This document shows positions 36,408 to 48,221 of a stretch of DNA of 64,000 nucleotides, in pieces. Numbering within the stretch: the stretch's first letter is position 1; every line of letters begins with the position of its first letter. Made by a program: the position numbers and the translations under genes. The notes below the pieces were generated by a model, which saw nothing but the letters and a program-made list of their open reading frames with translations, made no database searches and was not told the origin of the DNA. Origin of the DNA: Lophium mytilinum (taxonomy: Eukaryota); assembly GCA_010093605.1 (NCBI GenBank), contig MU004182.1, positions 2,527,195-2,591,194 on the forward strand. Reading direction: 5' to 3'.

Positions 36408-37517
36408 ATGAGCTTGGTGAATGCGATCTCACGCGTGTTTTCCGTCGCGACTTGCAGGTATGTGTAGTAGATGTTTGCGGTGCAATCGAGATACTGACCA
36501 GGTACAGAATGGCTTCCTTCGCTCGAGGTTTCTCATGCGCTGCACGCCATACCTACTTCCATCTACCCCCTCCGCTGCGAGTCGCTGCAGCACCGCGGTC
36601 AATCGAATCTCTTCACAGTTTAAGAATTACTCGAAACTTCTCCTTCTCTCCCATTAGATGTCTCGCCGAAGCAAAGCAATTGTCCAAAAGCCGGAATGTC
36701 TCGCCAACACCTAGCCAGCGGCTAATCAAGAAATCCGGACTCACCCTTAAGACTCTTGTCTTCAACCCCAATCGAATGCCTGTCGGCTCGAAACCAATCC
36801 TCCTATACAAAGCACCATCGCAAACCTACTACGCTGTTGTCGCATTCGCAGGCGCAGGAGCAACCGCTTTTCTCGGAACGTTCATCTTCAAGCACTTCTG
36901 GCTAGAACTACCACCGGGGCTTCCTAGCTACGTGGCTGGCACCTACGGCGCTATGGCTATTTTGTTAGTATTGTTCTCCCTTTGGCTTTCTGCCGCGCCA
37001 ACTTATCTGATCCGATCGATCCATGCGATTCCAGTTGGCGCTGGGCTGACTGCGCTTCGGATCGAGGCTAAGGCCCTCCCTCTTCCATTCTTCAAGCCTG
37101 TTGTGATGGTGATGCGGAAGGGAGAGGCGTCCTGCAATGGGCTTTTGGCGCCGCAAGTGAAGATGTTTGAGAAGATACGTGCTCGGAACTACCAAAATAT
37201 TTGGGCTGGGACGAGGGAGGAGAGTATTGTCCTGCGGCCGTTCTTCTTCGCGGGCCGGTGGGTGGCGAGGCTGTGGTCCCGCGTGTTCACAATCTCGAAG
37301 ATTATCATTGGGAGGTGGGGCATGGTTATGGTCAATATGCCTGGAAAGCACTCAGGGGATTGGAAGTTGGATGGGTCTGGATGGGCGGCTGATGGTGGGA
37401 GACGTGAGTACCATGCAAAACCCCTTTTGTGCGCTCGAGTAGTTGCTAATGTATAGTGAAGCTTTTGACCAGATGATCAGTATAAGTCCGCCCAGCGGTT
37501 GGATTTCCAGCGACTAA
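36408..37517 (+). CDS. Predicted mitochondrial membrane protein with 2 TM helices (possibly TMEM223/Mrx15-like)
   Basis: Arg/Ser-rich N-terminus and two hydrophobic segments. Intron 36458-36507 joins ATG 36408 in frame with ATG 36509. The last intron starts at 37404; the stop is 37476 or 37517 depending on the acceptor. Confidence 0.7.
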
Positions 37518-38999
37518 CGTGCCTGGGGTCGGGTTTGTAGATATGTAGTGTAATTGTATCGTAGAAGCTGTACCCTTCTTGTACTGTAGTGTTTGACTCA
37601 CAGGAAGAGCGTGAATCTGCAGAATGGGTGTAACTTGTATCAATTTGATTGGTGCCCTGAGAGAGTCTCATGGCATGCAGATCTTGGATGCCTTTAGATG
37701 GAGGGTCAGGCTATACTTTTAGAAGAGTCTGAACCGTATAGCTCTCAAGCGGTTCGATGAATCAGTTATTGAGCTCTCAAGGCATCATGATTATTTAAAT
37801 AGCCCCTGTTGCTGATAATAAGATGGCTTTGACGCAATTTAGGCGTATGGAGGTAGGCAAGGTTTCACGTGGGGTAGGGTGGATGGATTGCGGCCAAGGC
37901 GGTCAGGGGCCTGAGGTCGTTCCTCAACACCAACGCTTAAAATAATACGACCAGACGATAAAAGTTATTCACGCAAATACTAGGCGAGAAATTCGGCCGA
38001 CGTAATACTGCCGGAGCGGATCACGAGAGTAGCACTCGCATGGATTGGCTGCTAATATAATGCAGAAATGAAAAAAGGAGGGTATTGCGGCTATGGCCTT
38101 ATCTATATCACTACGATATTTACAATTCCTGAATGTAAGCAAGAGAACGAATGTGGAGACTATAAACTGGCTGTCCCTGTGTTTTTGGTGCGCCAAAAGC
38201 GAACCTTGGCCGGGAGAGCACGTGCATGGTCCCACGTGCGAGCTCCCCCCGATGTCATCGCAAATAAGCTTTTAAGCCTCCTCCCGCCCCCCGGGTTCCT
38301 GCAGGCGATCCACCGATGGCTAGGGAGAGGAAAGGGCGAGTTGATGTAGTAGAAAGATGTGTAATAAGTCCGGGAGGATGGTAGAAAGTCGGCGGATTTT
38401 GGTCGAGAAAGGCCCCCCTAAGTTTGGAGCTTGCTGATATCGCGTTTTGAGCTTAAGAAAAGTCCATTAATTGTGTTTGCGACACGGTGGTAGCATTCTC
38501 AAATTCGTGGTGCAAGTCGTCGCGTAGCTGAAGTTTTCGCCGTCGATGTGGTGGTGGCCAGTGCGCCGCTTAGCGCGAAATCGCAGCCTTGACCCTCAAC
38601 ACCAGAACCGCCGTCGCCGCCCTCCACACTCACTCACACCCCTTCACCCTCCGATCCCATCGCTCGGCCATCACTTTGTTCGATTATTCATCTGTCACCC
38701 CCTGGGATGCTTGCGCTCGTCTAGTTGTCTTCCTCTCTACTCGCGTCGCGCCTTGGGCACCCTGTCCATGTGTGTTGTATCCCGTCTCAGAACATAACGC
38801 ATCTCTCGACTCTGGCTCTCTGCAGGTCGAGCGCATGAACGCCTGAAGTAAGTGAGTACCGCAGGCCTCGAATTGTGCTGCGTCCTAGGCAGCGACCCCG
38901 CGTTGCTAGGTCAACATTCGATGTTGTGGTCGTCGCATCGACTGACTTCGCCGCGCAGGCCCTCGCTTTCACTCATCCCCGCCAACCGACTCGACGCCG

Positions 39000-41900
39000 A
39001 TGGCTAGGCGCGGCAGACCCGACGACCCACTCGCGTCAGATCCCGAAGACGGAGACTGGGGCGCCGAATCATCCCCACGACCGCAGAAGCGACGTCAATC
39101 GAGACCAGCGTCCGGTGCCAAGAAGCGTCCACAGAAGAGGCAGCGTCGGTACGGTTCTGACAACATTGTTGATGATGAGGAGGAGGACGAATCTGGATCC
39201 TACGAGTCTTCTATCGAAAGCGAGGAGGACGTCGAGATCGGCGCTACAGGTCGGCCCGTACGGAAGGTGGTGAAAAAGGAAGTGAAATACGAAGAACGAA
39301 GCAGCGAGGACGAGATCGAAAACAGCTCTGACGAAGACCGCGACGAGCTCGCACCCACTCCTCAAAAGTCCCGCAGACCAAAACCAAAGGGCAAGAAACA
39401 GTCTCTGATCGTCAAGATCAAGATGCCGCCACCATCACAACGGCGATCAGCTCGCGCTCGGACGGGCAGCAAGTCGTCCATCAAAGCACAAACTCCAGAG
39501 GTAGCCGTAGGCACGCGACGAAGCAGCCGGATCTCTCACGAGAGGGATGAGCCGATCATAGCCCTCTCCGACTCCGGCAAGCATGTTCAAGTCGTACGCG
39601 CAGGCTCTTCGGATCCCGAGCCTTTGCCTCCACGTCAGACACGAGGGAGCAAAGGATTAAGGAACATGCCAAGCGCTATCATGGAGGCATCTCAGGAAAA
39701 TTCAAACCCCGAGAAAGCCGATACTCCAGGTCCACTGGACACTCTTTTGCAAGGCGCCAGTGCCGAAGTCCAAGCTAGCGAGGCGGTGTCTCCCGTTGAG
39801 TCTGGTGTCCAGAACGAAGATGAGGACGACTCTGAGCCGATGGAAGGAGTCGTACAGGACGCCCAGAAGGAGGATTCCGATGAGGAGCCCATTGTTCCCG
39901 GTGGCAGACAGCTCAGAGTAAGTCTTAACCCTACCCGGTATGTTTCTTAGTAGGTTGTAATGTCTAACATTTGCTTAGTCTCGTGCAAAGTCTGCCCAAG
40001 TCGCTGCTCCCCCAGCTCGGAAGCGTAAACAAGGCGTCGACGAGAGCAGCGACTTCGAGCCTCCGGCTGACGAGGAAGAGACAAAAGGAGACGATGAAAT
40101 GTCAGAATCCGAAGGCCCGAAGGCTAGGAAGAACTCATCTGACGATTCTGGACGACGATCTACACGTCTCCGAGGTAGGTTGCGTAACTCGCAGCGCAGT
40201 CAGCACAACTCGGATAGTGAGGCAGATAGCGCTCTGGACGAGGATGAACTCGCAGAAGAGGCTGCAGAGCTTCGACCAAACAAGAGGCGTCGCATCTCGC
40301 GCCGTGGTGTTCCTGATAACACTCTCACATATGACGAAGGACCTGCGTTGCGGAGGAAACCAAAACCCGACTACCGCATTATTCGACCCGATGTCAACTT
40401 GCAGATTGACGGAGAAGACTTCATAGCGCCTCCTGTTCCGGTCCGCGGCAAAGGAGGACGATATAGGACCTTATTCTCCACCCGTGGGCCGTTCGGGGGC
40501 GGCGTTGAGTCGGCGATCGCAGGACCACAGGAAGCTGGTGCTCTTGGTGGCGCGGATTCGGACAGCAGTGATGATGACCTTCAACAGCCTGTAACAGGGG
40601 CATCCGCTACTCTCGGAGGCGCAATAGGTATGACGCCTACTGCTGCCAAATCACATATCTTTCCTCAGAATCCCGACGCGCAAAAGACAACTGGGTCTGG
40701 AGGAGGTCCAGCAGACTTCGGCAAAGTCAAAGACAAGAAGGCTCTGGCAGATGCGGACCCGCTTGGGGTTGACCCGAATGTCAACTTCGACGGCGTTGGT
40801 GGATTGGATGACCACATCAACCAACTTAAGGAGATGGTTGCACTGCCGCTCCTATATCCAGAGGTCTTCCAACGTTTCCATGTCACACCCCCACGCGGTG
40901 TTCTTTTCCATGGCCCTCCAGGTACTGGTAAAACCCTGCTCGCACGCGCACTTGCATCTAGCGTCAGCTCCCAGGGGAAAAAGGTCACATTCTACATGCG
41001 TAAGGGTGCTGATGCCCTCAGCAAATGGGTCGGTGAAGCTGAACGCCAGTTACGGCTGCTGTTCGAAGAAGCGCGGAAGAACCAACCGAGCATCATCTTT
41101 TTCGATGAGATTGATGGACTGGCACCCGTCCGTTCCAGCAAGCAAGAGCAGATCCACGCTTCCATTGTAGCAACCTTGTTGGCTCTCATGGATGGCATGG
41201 ATGGTCGTGGACAGGTCATTGTTATCGGTGCCACGAATCGCCCGGACTCGGTTGATCCAGCTCTGCGACGCCCAGGAAGATTCGACAGAGAGTTTTATTT
41301 CCCTCTTCCCAACGTGATAGGACGACGTGCCATTATCGACATCCACACGAAGAATTGGGAACCGCCACTGAACCCAGCATTTAAGGACCAACTCGCCGAA
41401 GTCACCAAAGGCTACGGTGGTGCAGATTTGAGGGCTCTGTGCACTGAAGCCGCCCTGAATGCCGTCCAGGGCACATATCCACAGATCTATCAATCAGACA
41501 AGAAGCTCATTATTGATCCTAGCACTATCAGGGTCTTGGCTAAGGATTTCATGATCTCCGTCAATAAGATGGTACCTTCTTCTCAGCGGACAGTCTCTTC
41601 GGGCGCCGCGCCTCTGCCGAAACCCATTGCGCCCTTGTTACGAACTCCTCTAGAAGATATTGCAAAACTCCTCGACGAGATATTGCCTCAGAAGAAAAAG
41701 CTTACGGCCCTAGAAGAAGCACAATTTGATGATCGTGATGACGAGAAGGGCTTCGAGCGCGAGAACATGCAGAGGGCTTTCGAAAGCTCAAGGATCTTCA
41801 GACCTCGCCTTCTCATTTCCGGCTTGCAAGGAATGGGTCAGCAGTACCTCGGATCAGCACTTCTCAACAAATTCGAAGGTCTCCATGTGCAGTCATTTGA

Positions 41901-44085
41901 TCTGCCCACTTTGCTTGAAGATTCCGCTCGGTCTCCCGAAGCGGCCATTATTCAGCTGTTCAAGGAAGTTCGACGTCACAAGCCAAGTGTCATCTACATC
42001 CCTAACGTCGATGTTTGGTACCAAACCGTGGAACCTAAGGTCATCAAGACCTTCCTCAGTCTATTGAGTAGTGTTCCACCAAATGATCCTGTTCTCCTTC
42101 TTGGTGTCCTGGAACTTGGTAGCGAAGATGAGAGGCCGGATCCTTCGATGTTGAGAGACCTTTTTGGATACTCCTCTAAGAATGAGTTCAAGCTACCGAC
42201 ACCCGACAAGAACGGAAGACGAGAGTTCTTCGAGTCACTCGTTGCATACATTCGGTTGCCACCATCAGATTTCCCCAATCCGGAGAACAGGACAAAGCGC
42301 AAGCTCCCGGTGCTTGAAGTAGCGCCTGATATTCACCCGCCGATAATTGAAGCGGATCCTAAACAAGCCAAGCTGCAGAAGAAGCGAGACAGGATGACGC
42401 TTAACAAACTGAAGATAATCATCCAGCCAGTAATGGATCTTCTTAAGAAGGGTAGGAATCGGTTTATTCGACCAATCATTCCCGAGGAGAACTTTACGTA
42501 TCTGTTCGACGAAAGAATGGATGGTCACGTTACTTCCGACCTACCAGAAGACCAGAGGCAAGAGCAGGGCATGTTCCGACCATACGAAGTCGATAGAGAT
42601 TCGAATGGCGTCGAAGGAATTCGACATGTAGAGAGCGGCAATTTCTTCTACAACCTTGATCTCACCGTCATCGAGCAGCGCCTTTCCAATGGATACTACA
42701 AGAGGTTCAAGGACTTTTCGAGGGACGTCAAAACACTGGCCAAGGATGCTAAGACGTGGGGCGACGAAGACCGTATCCTCAAGGCTAATGAGATGGTGGC
42801 GAATGTCGATGTCGATATGGAAGGGTTCCAGCTACAGTATCCCGAGCTCGTTGCTGAGTGTAATGCTCTTTTCCTTCGTGAACAAGAGAGAGCTCGCAAG
42901 CAAGTCGAAGCTGCTCAGAAGAATTTGGCTCCGGGCGAAAAAGCCCAACCAGTTGCACCGAATGTGCCGCCGGAAATTTCCACCAGCGTGGAAACCTCAG
43001 GACCCATAGTACTCGGCGAGATAGTCCCTGGTCGAACAATGCCACCCGTCACGCCGGTTCGCTATCCTCATTCGGCCTTGCTGTCAAACGGCACTAGCAC
43101 GGGACACGACAGCCACCCTCAACAGAGCAACGGATCGAACGGACCGGCACATGGAGGCGAGGACACGCATATGACTGACAGTCAGGATAATGATTCTGGT
43201 CCTCATGAGCACCAAACGCCGAGTGGTCCAGGAACCCAGACGCAAAAATCTCAAGTGTCTGGACGAACGTTCGTAGCGCCTAATTCGCATCCTGGTGAGT
43301 ATCACAACAGCGCATCTACTACGACATCGGGTCAAAAGACCTCAGATCGATCTGGTCGTTCTTCTGGCCTACAACTCAATACTCAAAGCACCAACGGTGT
43401 TGCTACCGGACTTGGCCCCGACTTCGCGAGCATGATGCCTCAGGCAGCCGGATCAGATATGCCCGACACTCAAGGCAAGTCCGCCAATTTTCTTTCAAAA
43501 GGCCAAGTCTCCGATAGCCGCGGAAACCGTGGGCATATCCAGCAAGGTCCTGATCGCCATGACTCTCACAGTCGTTCTTCGCACGTACGCGCAAGCAGCC
43601 CTAACGATAGTTTAGAAAACCCTTGGGTGAGCAGCCAGTCACAGCCGTCGCAGTCTTCACAGCAGCAACACTCGATGGCTGCGCCACCGCGACAGGCCAC
43701 GTCCATTCCTTCTATCCTCAACAACGACCAACCACAACTCATTCTTGACGAGGAACAAATTAAGTTATTACATGAGGGACTCGTAGAGCGAAGTTCGGGA
43801 TGTTCCGTTGAGCAACTTGAACAAATCAACGCAGTACTTATGGATGCTATCTGGAAAACCCGCGGCGAGTGGAATCGTAACAGTGTGGTCCACATCCTCA
43901 CAAATGCTTTCAATGAAGTCATCCAAGATATCGAGCTCATGCAAAAGTTGCAAGCGCCCAGTCAGGACGACGATGACTACGAAGCCAACTACTTGCCACA
44001 ACAACATAGGCAGAGCGACCGCGGCTACCAGCATGACCTGCGCCATTTCACGCCCTCAACGACGCAGGCCACACGGTTCCGCTAA
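39000..44085 (+). CDS. YTA7: AAA+ ATPase/bromodomain histone chaperone Yta7 (ATAD2/Abo1)
   Basis: GPPGTGKT Walker A, IIFFDEIDGLAP Walker B, ALRRPGRFDREF, a second degenerate AAA and a bromo-like IEQRLSNGYY. Intron 39918-39978; probable GC-AG intron 43475-43615. Confidence 0.96.
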
Positions 44086-44202
44086 ACCCCTTCATCTCCC
44101 TAGTCTCTTGACGAACCCAACTCGCTCTGAATTTGTCGGATCCTTACCTTAATTCACCATCCACTCTTCTCGTCCTTTTGTCCTATCTTGACAAGTTTGC
44201 TT

Positions 44203-44500
44203 TCTTGATCGTTCTTACGCGGTTGTCCCCACCGGCAAAAACTGTCCTTCCTTCATGTTTCATGAATAGGTGGTTCTTTTGTCGGGAAGGCGGGCCAAGT
44301 TCGAACGTTACAGAAAGCACCATGGCATGAGGACTTCACTTTTCCTTTCGTTTTTCGATATCATCTCTCTCTTGATAGCTCCTACGCGGTAGTCCCCACC
44401 AGCAACTCCTCGGTCTTCCCTCATGTCTCATGAATAGGCGGGTAATTTGTTGGGAAGGTGGGCCAAGTTCGAGCATAATCATAAGCGCCATGGCATGGAG
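44203..44500 (+). repeat. Tandem duplication (period about 167 bp) of a ~96-nt hairpin downstream of YTA7
   Basis: 44211-44306 and 44378-44474 align nearly end to end and both fold into the same stem-loop; both are followed by AAGC(A/G)CCATGGCATG. Confidence 0.85.
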
Positions 44501-45205
44501 AGACGCAACCGGCAGGGTAGTGAAGAGTTTGACTAGAGGCTTTCGGCATTGTGAAAAGATGGATGATGGGCCGTGTTTGCGTTGGTCGAGATTACTGGAT
44601 GCAGGTTACTTTCGGTGTAAATTTTGCTCATACATGGTGGATACGAGCGAAGGCACTTCTTTTCTTTTTCTTATTCCTTTCTCCTGTTTCCTTTGGTTGC
44701 ATTGCGGCATCAGTAATGAGCGACCTCGGCAGTCATGCGGGTAATGTGTCTTGCGGGGTTTCATGAGAGTGTACGATTTGGCGTCGAACGGTGATATTTG
44801 GTCTGCTCCTACTTGGATGTTGGACCTGTGGGGTGCTTGATAGCGGGACTGCTCATACTGCCATGTTCTCTTGCTTTTTGTTTTCTTCGGATTGGAGGCT
44901 CTCATCTGCATGGCGGACTCCAGCTCCTGGTACTTTTGGAGGCGTTCGGCCTCTGCTTGTGATACCTGCTTTTTGCACCAAATAGACAAAACTGCTTGTT
45001 CAATTCGCCTTCACTTAATTGCTATGCATGTTGCGTTCAGTAAGATCGAAATTTCCGAACACTATCTCCGTTTTGAGCGCTGGGGTATCGCGCTATCAAC
45101 AGTACTCCGACTCCGGATCGGAAATCCAGATGCTACGCCGCAACCCAAAATAATTCTCGGACCGAATGAAGGTCACATCCTAGAACGCCAACGCAAGCGC
45201 AATCT

Positions 45206-45566
45206 TCAATTGTTTCCAAACAAGCCCACGAACCAGACCCATCCCCCACTTCCCTTGTATATCCTGGTGTAGTATCCTGTCGTTGAGCTACAAATAGAAG
45301 TTTAGCAAAAGGAAAGAGCGTTTAATTCTTTCCAGGCGTACTCACTTTTCCATCCGTTCGCGATCCTTTTCTTTCTGCCATTGCTTCCACCGCTCCTTAT
45401 CGCTCAAACTAGCGTCTAGCCAGGCCGGGAGTGTCTCCTTTTCTGGCGCTTTGCTGGAGGAGCCAAAGCTTTTATACCACGCTGTCTTGGGCTTTCGTTC
45501 TGAGTAGACGTTGACGTCCAGTTGGTAAGGTTCGTTCTGGTCTTTGGAAGATGTGGTCTCGCCCAT
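45206..45566 (-). CDS. Small hypothetical protein (100 aa, 2 exons)
   Basis: Intron 45345-45288 (GTGAGT...GCTAAA...TAG) extends the 74-aa ORF with NSTTGYYTRIYKGSGGWVWFVGLFGNN*; spliced length 303 nt. Confidence 0.6.
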
Positions 45567-46128
45567 GATGTGTGAGTAGTTTGCGCAAGAGTAGAGAACT
45601 GGGCACGCGAGAGCTCAAGAGGTTGAATATATGCTCTATCTAGCTACTTGCAAGAAGACGCGCATAGTAAGCATTTGTACTCCACCGCGATCGTCCCCTG
45701 TCGAAGTTCCGCTCGTCCACAGCCTGCCCACAGCCTGCCAGTACAGCCTCAATCCCTGGAGGCAGAATCAGGGATGTGGCAGTGCTCTTGGCACTCGTAC
45801 CCAGATGCCAAGACCACCTTCCAAAAACAGCATAGCCTTGAATTAAAAGTCACGTTTTCTCGCGTTTCTGTTTGCCTTAATATCCATCCTTCTCACTCCC
45901 CGCTTTCCCACATCCATCGCCGCGCGGGAGTCAGACAGCCTAGCCGAAGATGCAACCACACGGAGGGATCGGGTAGTACTCCCGCGTCACATAAATAAAG
46001 CTAGGTCCCCTCATTCCTTTCCTCCCTTCTCATTTTCTCGCCCTTCCTCCCTCCAAACCTCAATCAAAACCTCTATCTATTTTTCCACACACAATCTCCA
46101 ACGCCCAATTTCAGAAAAACACAAAGCC

Positions 46129-46656
46129 ATGCCCACCACCCCGCCTCCCGCTCCCCCTCCTCTCCCCCTCGCAGGCACCTGCGCCTGCACCACCATCCGC
46201 TTCCACCTCACCGCCGCGCCCCTCTTCACGCACTGCTGCCACTGCACGCGCTGCCAGCGCGAAACCGGCACCGCCTTCGCCCTCAACGCCGTCATCGAAT
46301 CTACCCACGTCGTGTTGCTCTCCCCCACCGCGCCCGCCGGCGTCCTCGTGCCCTCGGACGGCGGTCACGGCCAGACCATCTTCCGCTGCCCGGCGTGCTA
46401 CACGCCCGTGTGGAGCGTGTATGGGGCTGGGTCAGATAAGATATCGTATGTGCGGGTGGGGACGCTGGAGGCGGAGGTGCGGCCGGACATCCATATTTAT
46501 ACGCGGAGTAAGAAGGCGTGGGTGGGGTTGGAGGGAGGGGTGCCGGCGGTGGAGGAGTTTTATGATAAGGAGGGGTTTTGGCCGGAGGAGAGTTTGGAGA
46601 GGTTGAGGAGGGTGAGGGAGGGGGGGAAGGTGGAGGAGGAGGCGGGTGGGGCTTGA
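46129..46656 (+). CDS. GFA / CENP-V / Mss4-like zinc-binding protein
   Basis: GTCACTTIRF, HCCHCTRCQRETGTAF, FRCPACYTPVW and PDIHIYTRSK..W motifs. Confidence 0.93.
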   Translation: MPTTPPPAPPPLPLAGTCACTTIRFHLTAAPLFTHCCHCTRCQRETGTAFALNAVIESTHVVLLSPTAPAGVLVPSDGGHGQTIFRCPACYTPVWSVYGAGSDKISYVRVGTLEAEVRPDIHIYTRSKKAWVGLEGGVPAVEEFYDKEGFWPEESLERLRRVREGGKVEEEAGGA

Positions 46657-48221
46657 ATGGGTGGTGCTGTGGTTTTTGAGAGGATAGGGGTGGATGTGGA
46701 TATGATTTCCCCCCTCATTGCTGGTTGAGGTCGCTAAGGGGTCGTAGACACTCACAGTTCTTGTGTTGCTATTTGAAACGGGTGCTGTATGGTGGGTGTG
46801 ATGCTCTGTGGAAGGGTTTGCTAGGGGACATTCGTTTTTGTCGACTTTTGTAGGGCAACGTCAATATCAGTGACATCCAAAATCTAGCGCTTGATCGAAT
46901 GATGTTCACCAGTCCAGTAGGTTCGTCTCAACTTATCGATACGTGCTAATGCAGCACACCATAGGACTAGCCACTGCGAAGTCTCCTCGATGCTATGCCC
47001 TTTTCAACTCCATTTGTTTTAAGAACCATACTCACTCTCTCAACGTCCTCAGATCCACAGTCATGAGCCACACTCTCAAGAATAGGCAGACTCTAGGCAG
47101 GACTACTGTTCTCGGTTCGAGGGGTTTGAAGAGGAGAGAGGGAAGTGGGCGAGATTAACTGGCAGAGAGGGATTAAGGGGGCGAAGTGTAAGTAAGAGGT
47201 ACTGCGTAATCCAAGGCTCATGGTACAGGAGTGAGTCTGATATCGAATAGGAATGCTGCCATGCATGGGTTGAATAGCTGGGTCCGCTTTTTCAGCATTA
47301 ATGCTAATTGTGGGCTGGCAAGTGTTCGAGAGGTAGCTAGCGATTTGAAGAAAGCTATCAATCGCATAATAAGACTGACCATTGAGCAGAAGACCGCCTC
47401 TTATAATCGGGGGACGAGTCTTCTTGAAGTGCGTCTGTGGTCGCGTTCTGACGCATAACTGCGGTGCCACGTGACTGGTGGCGAGGTAGGGTAGATCTCC
47501 CGTCAAACTTCTGAAACGGCCATTGAAGCTTGAAGAATAGTAGAAATAGAGGAGGTATATGAATCCCTACGCTAAGAGTAAACCCGACCCGCGCTCACGC
47601 GTGGTATCCTCGTGTCCGTAGTCAACACGCTACGAGGAACTCCTGACGCCCCCCAACCAGCCAGCCTACCAACCAAACGCACTCAAAGCCAACAAAAAGC
47701 AAAGAATCAGAGAGAGAAATTAAAAACCTCAGCGCACAAAAGTTCATCAACAAACCAAGAATCAAAAGAGAGCGCGAGCTCGCGTGCGTATGTAGCGACA
47801 GGGTTGATATATCGGGATCCAAAAAGTGTAGACATTGAGAAGACGCAAAAGATCTCCAAGACGCAGGAAAACTTCCAGAGCGAAACACAAAATTGGGGAA
47901 TCAACCATTTCCTGCGTTTTCCGATCCAAATAAATTCTACGCCTACAGCCGTACTTACCGCGTAGTCCTTGTATCACTACGCCCAAATCCAGTCGCTCTA
48001 ACGCCGTGAAAGCAAAGGTATCACAAAAGTCTCTAGGGTGGAAAGAGAAACGCGGGTATGGGGTATCAGCACTGTCAGCACGTATCCAGTGGGAAACACT
48101 TAGTCCGCTGTCATCAGTCGTGAAGGCTGAAGACGCAAAGCGAGGCATCGACATGTGGCGAGGTGGTGTAGACACCTAGTTGGTGTCGTTGCAAGAATGA
48201 GAGGAGGCCGAGAAAGGTCTG

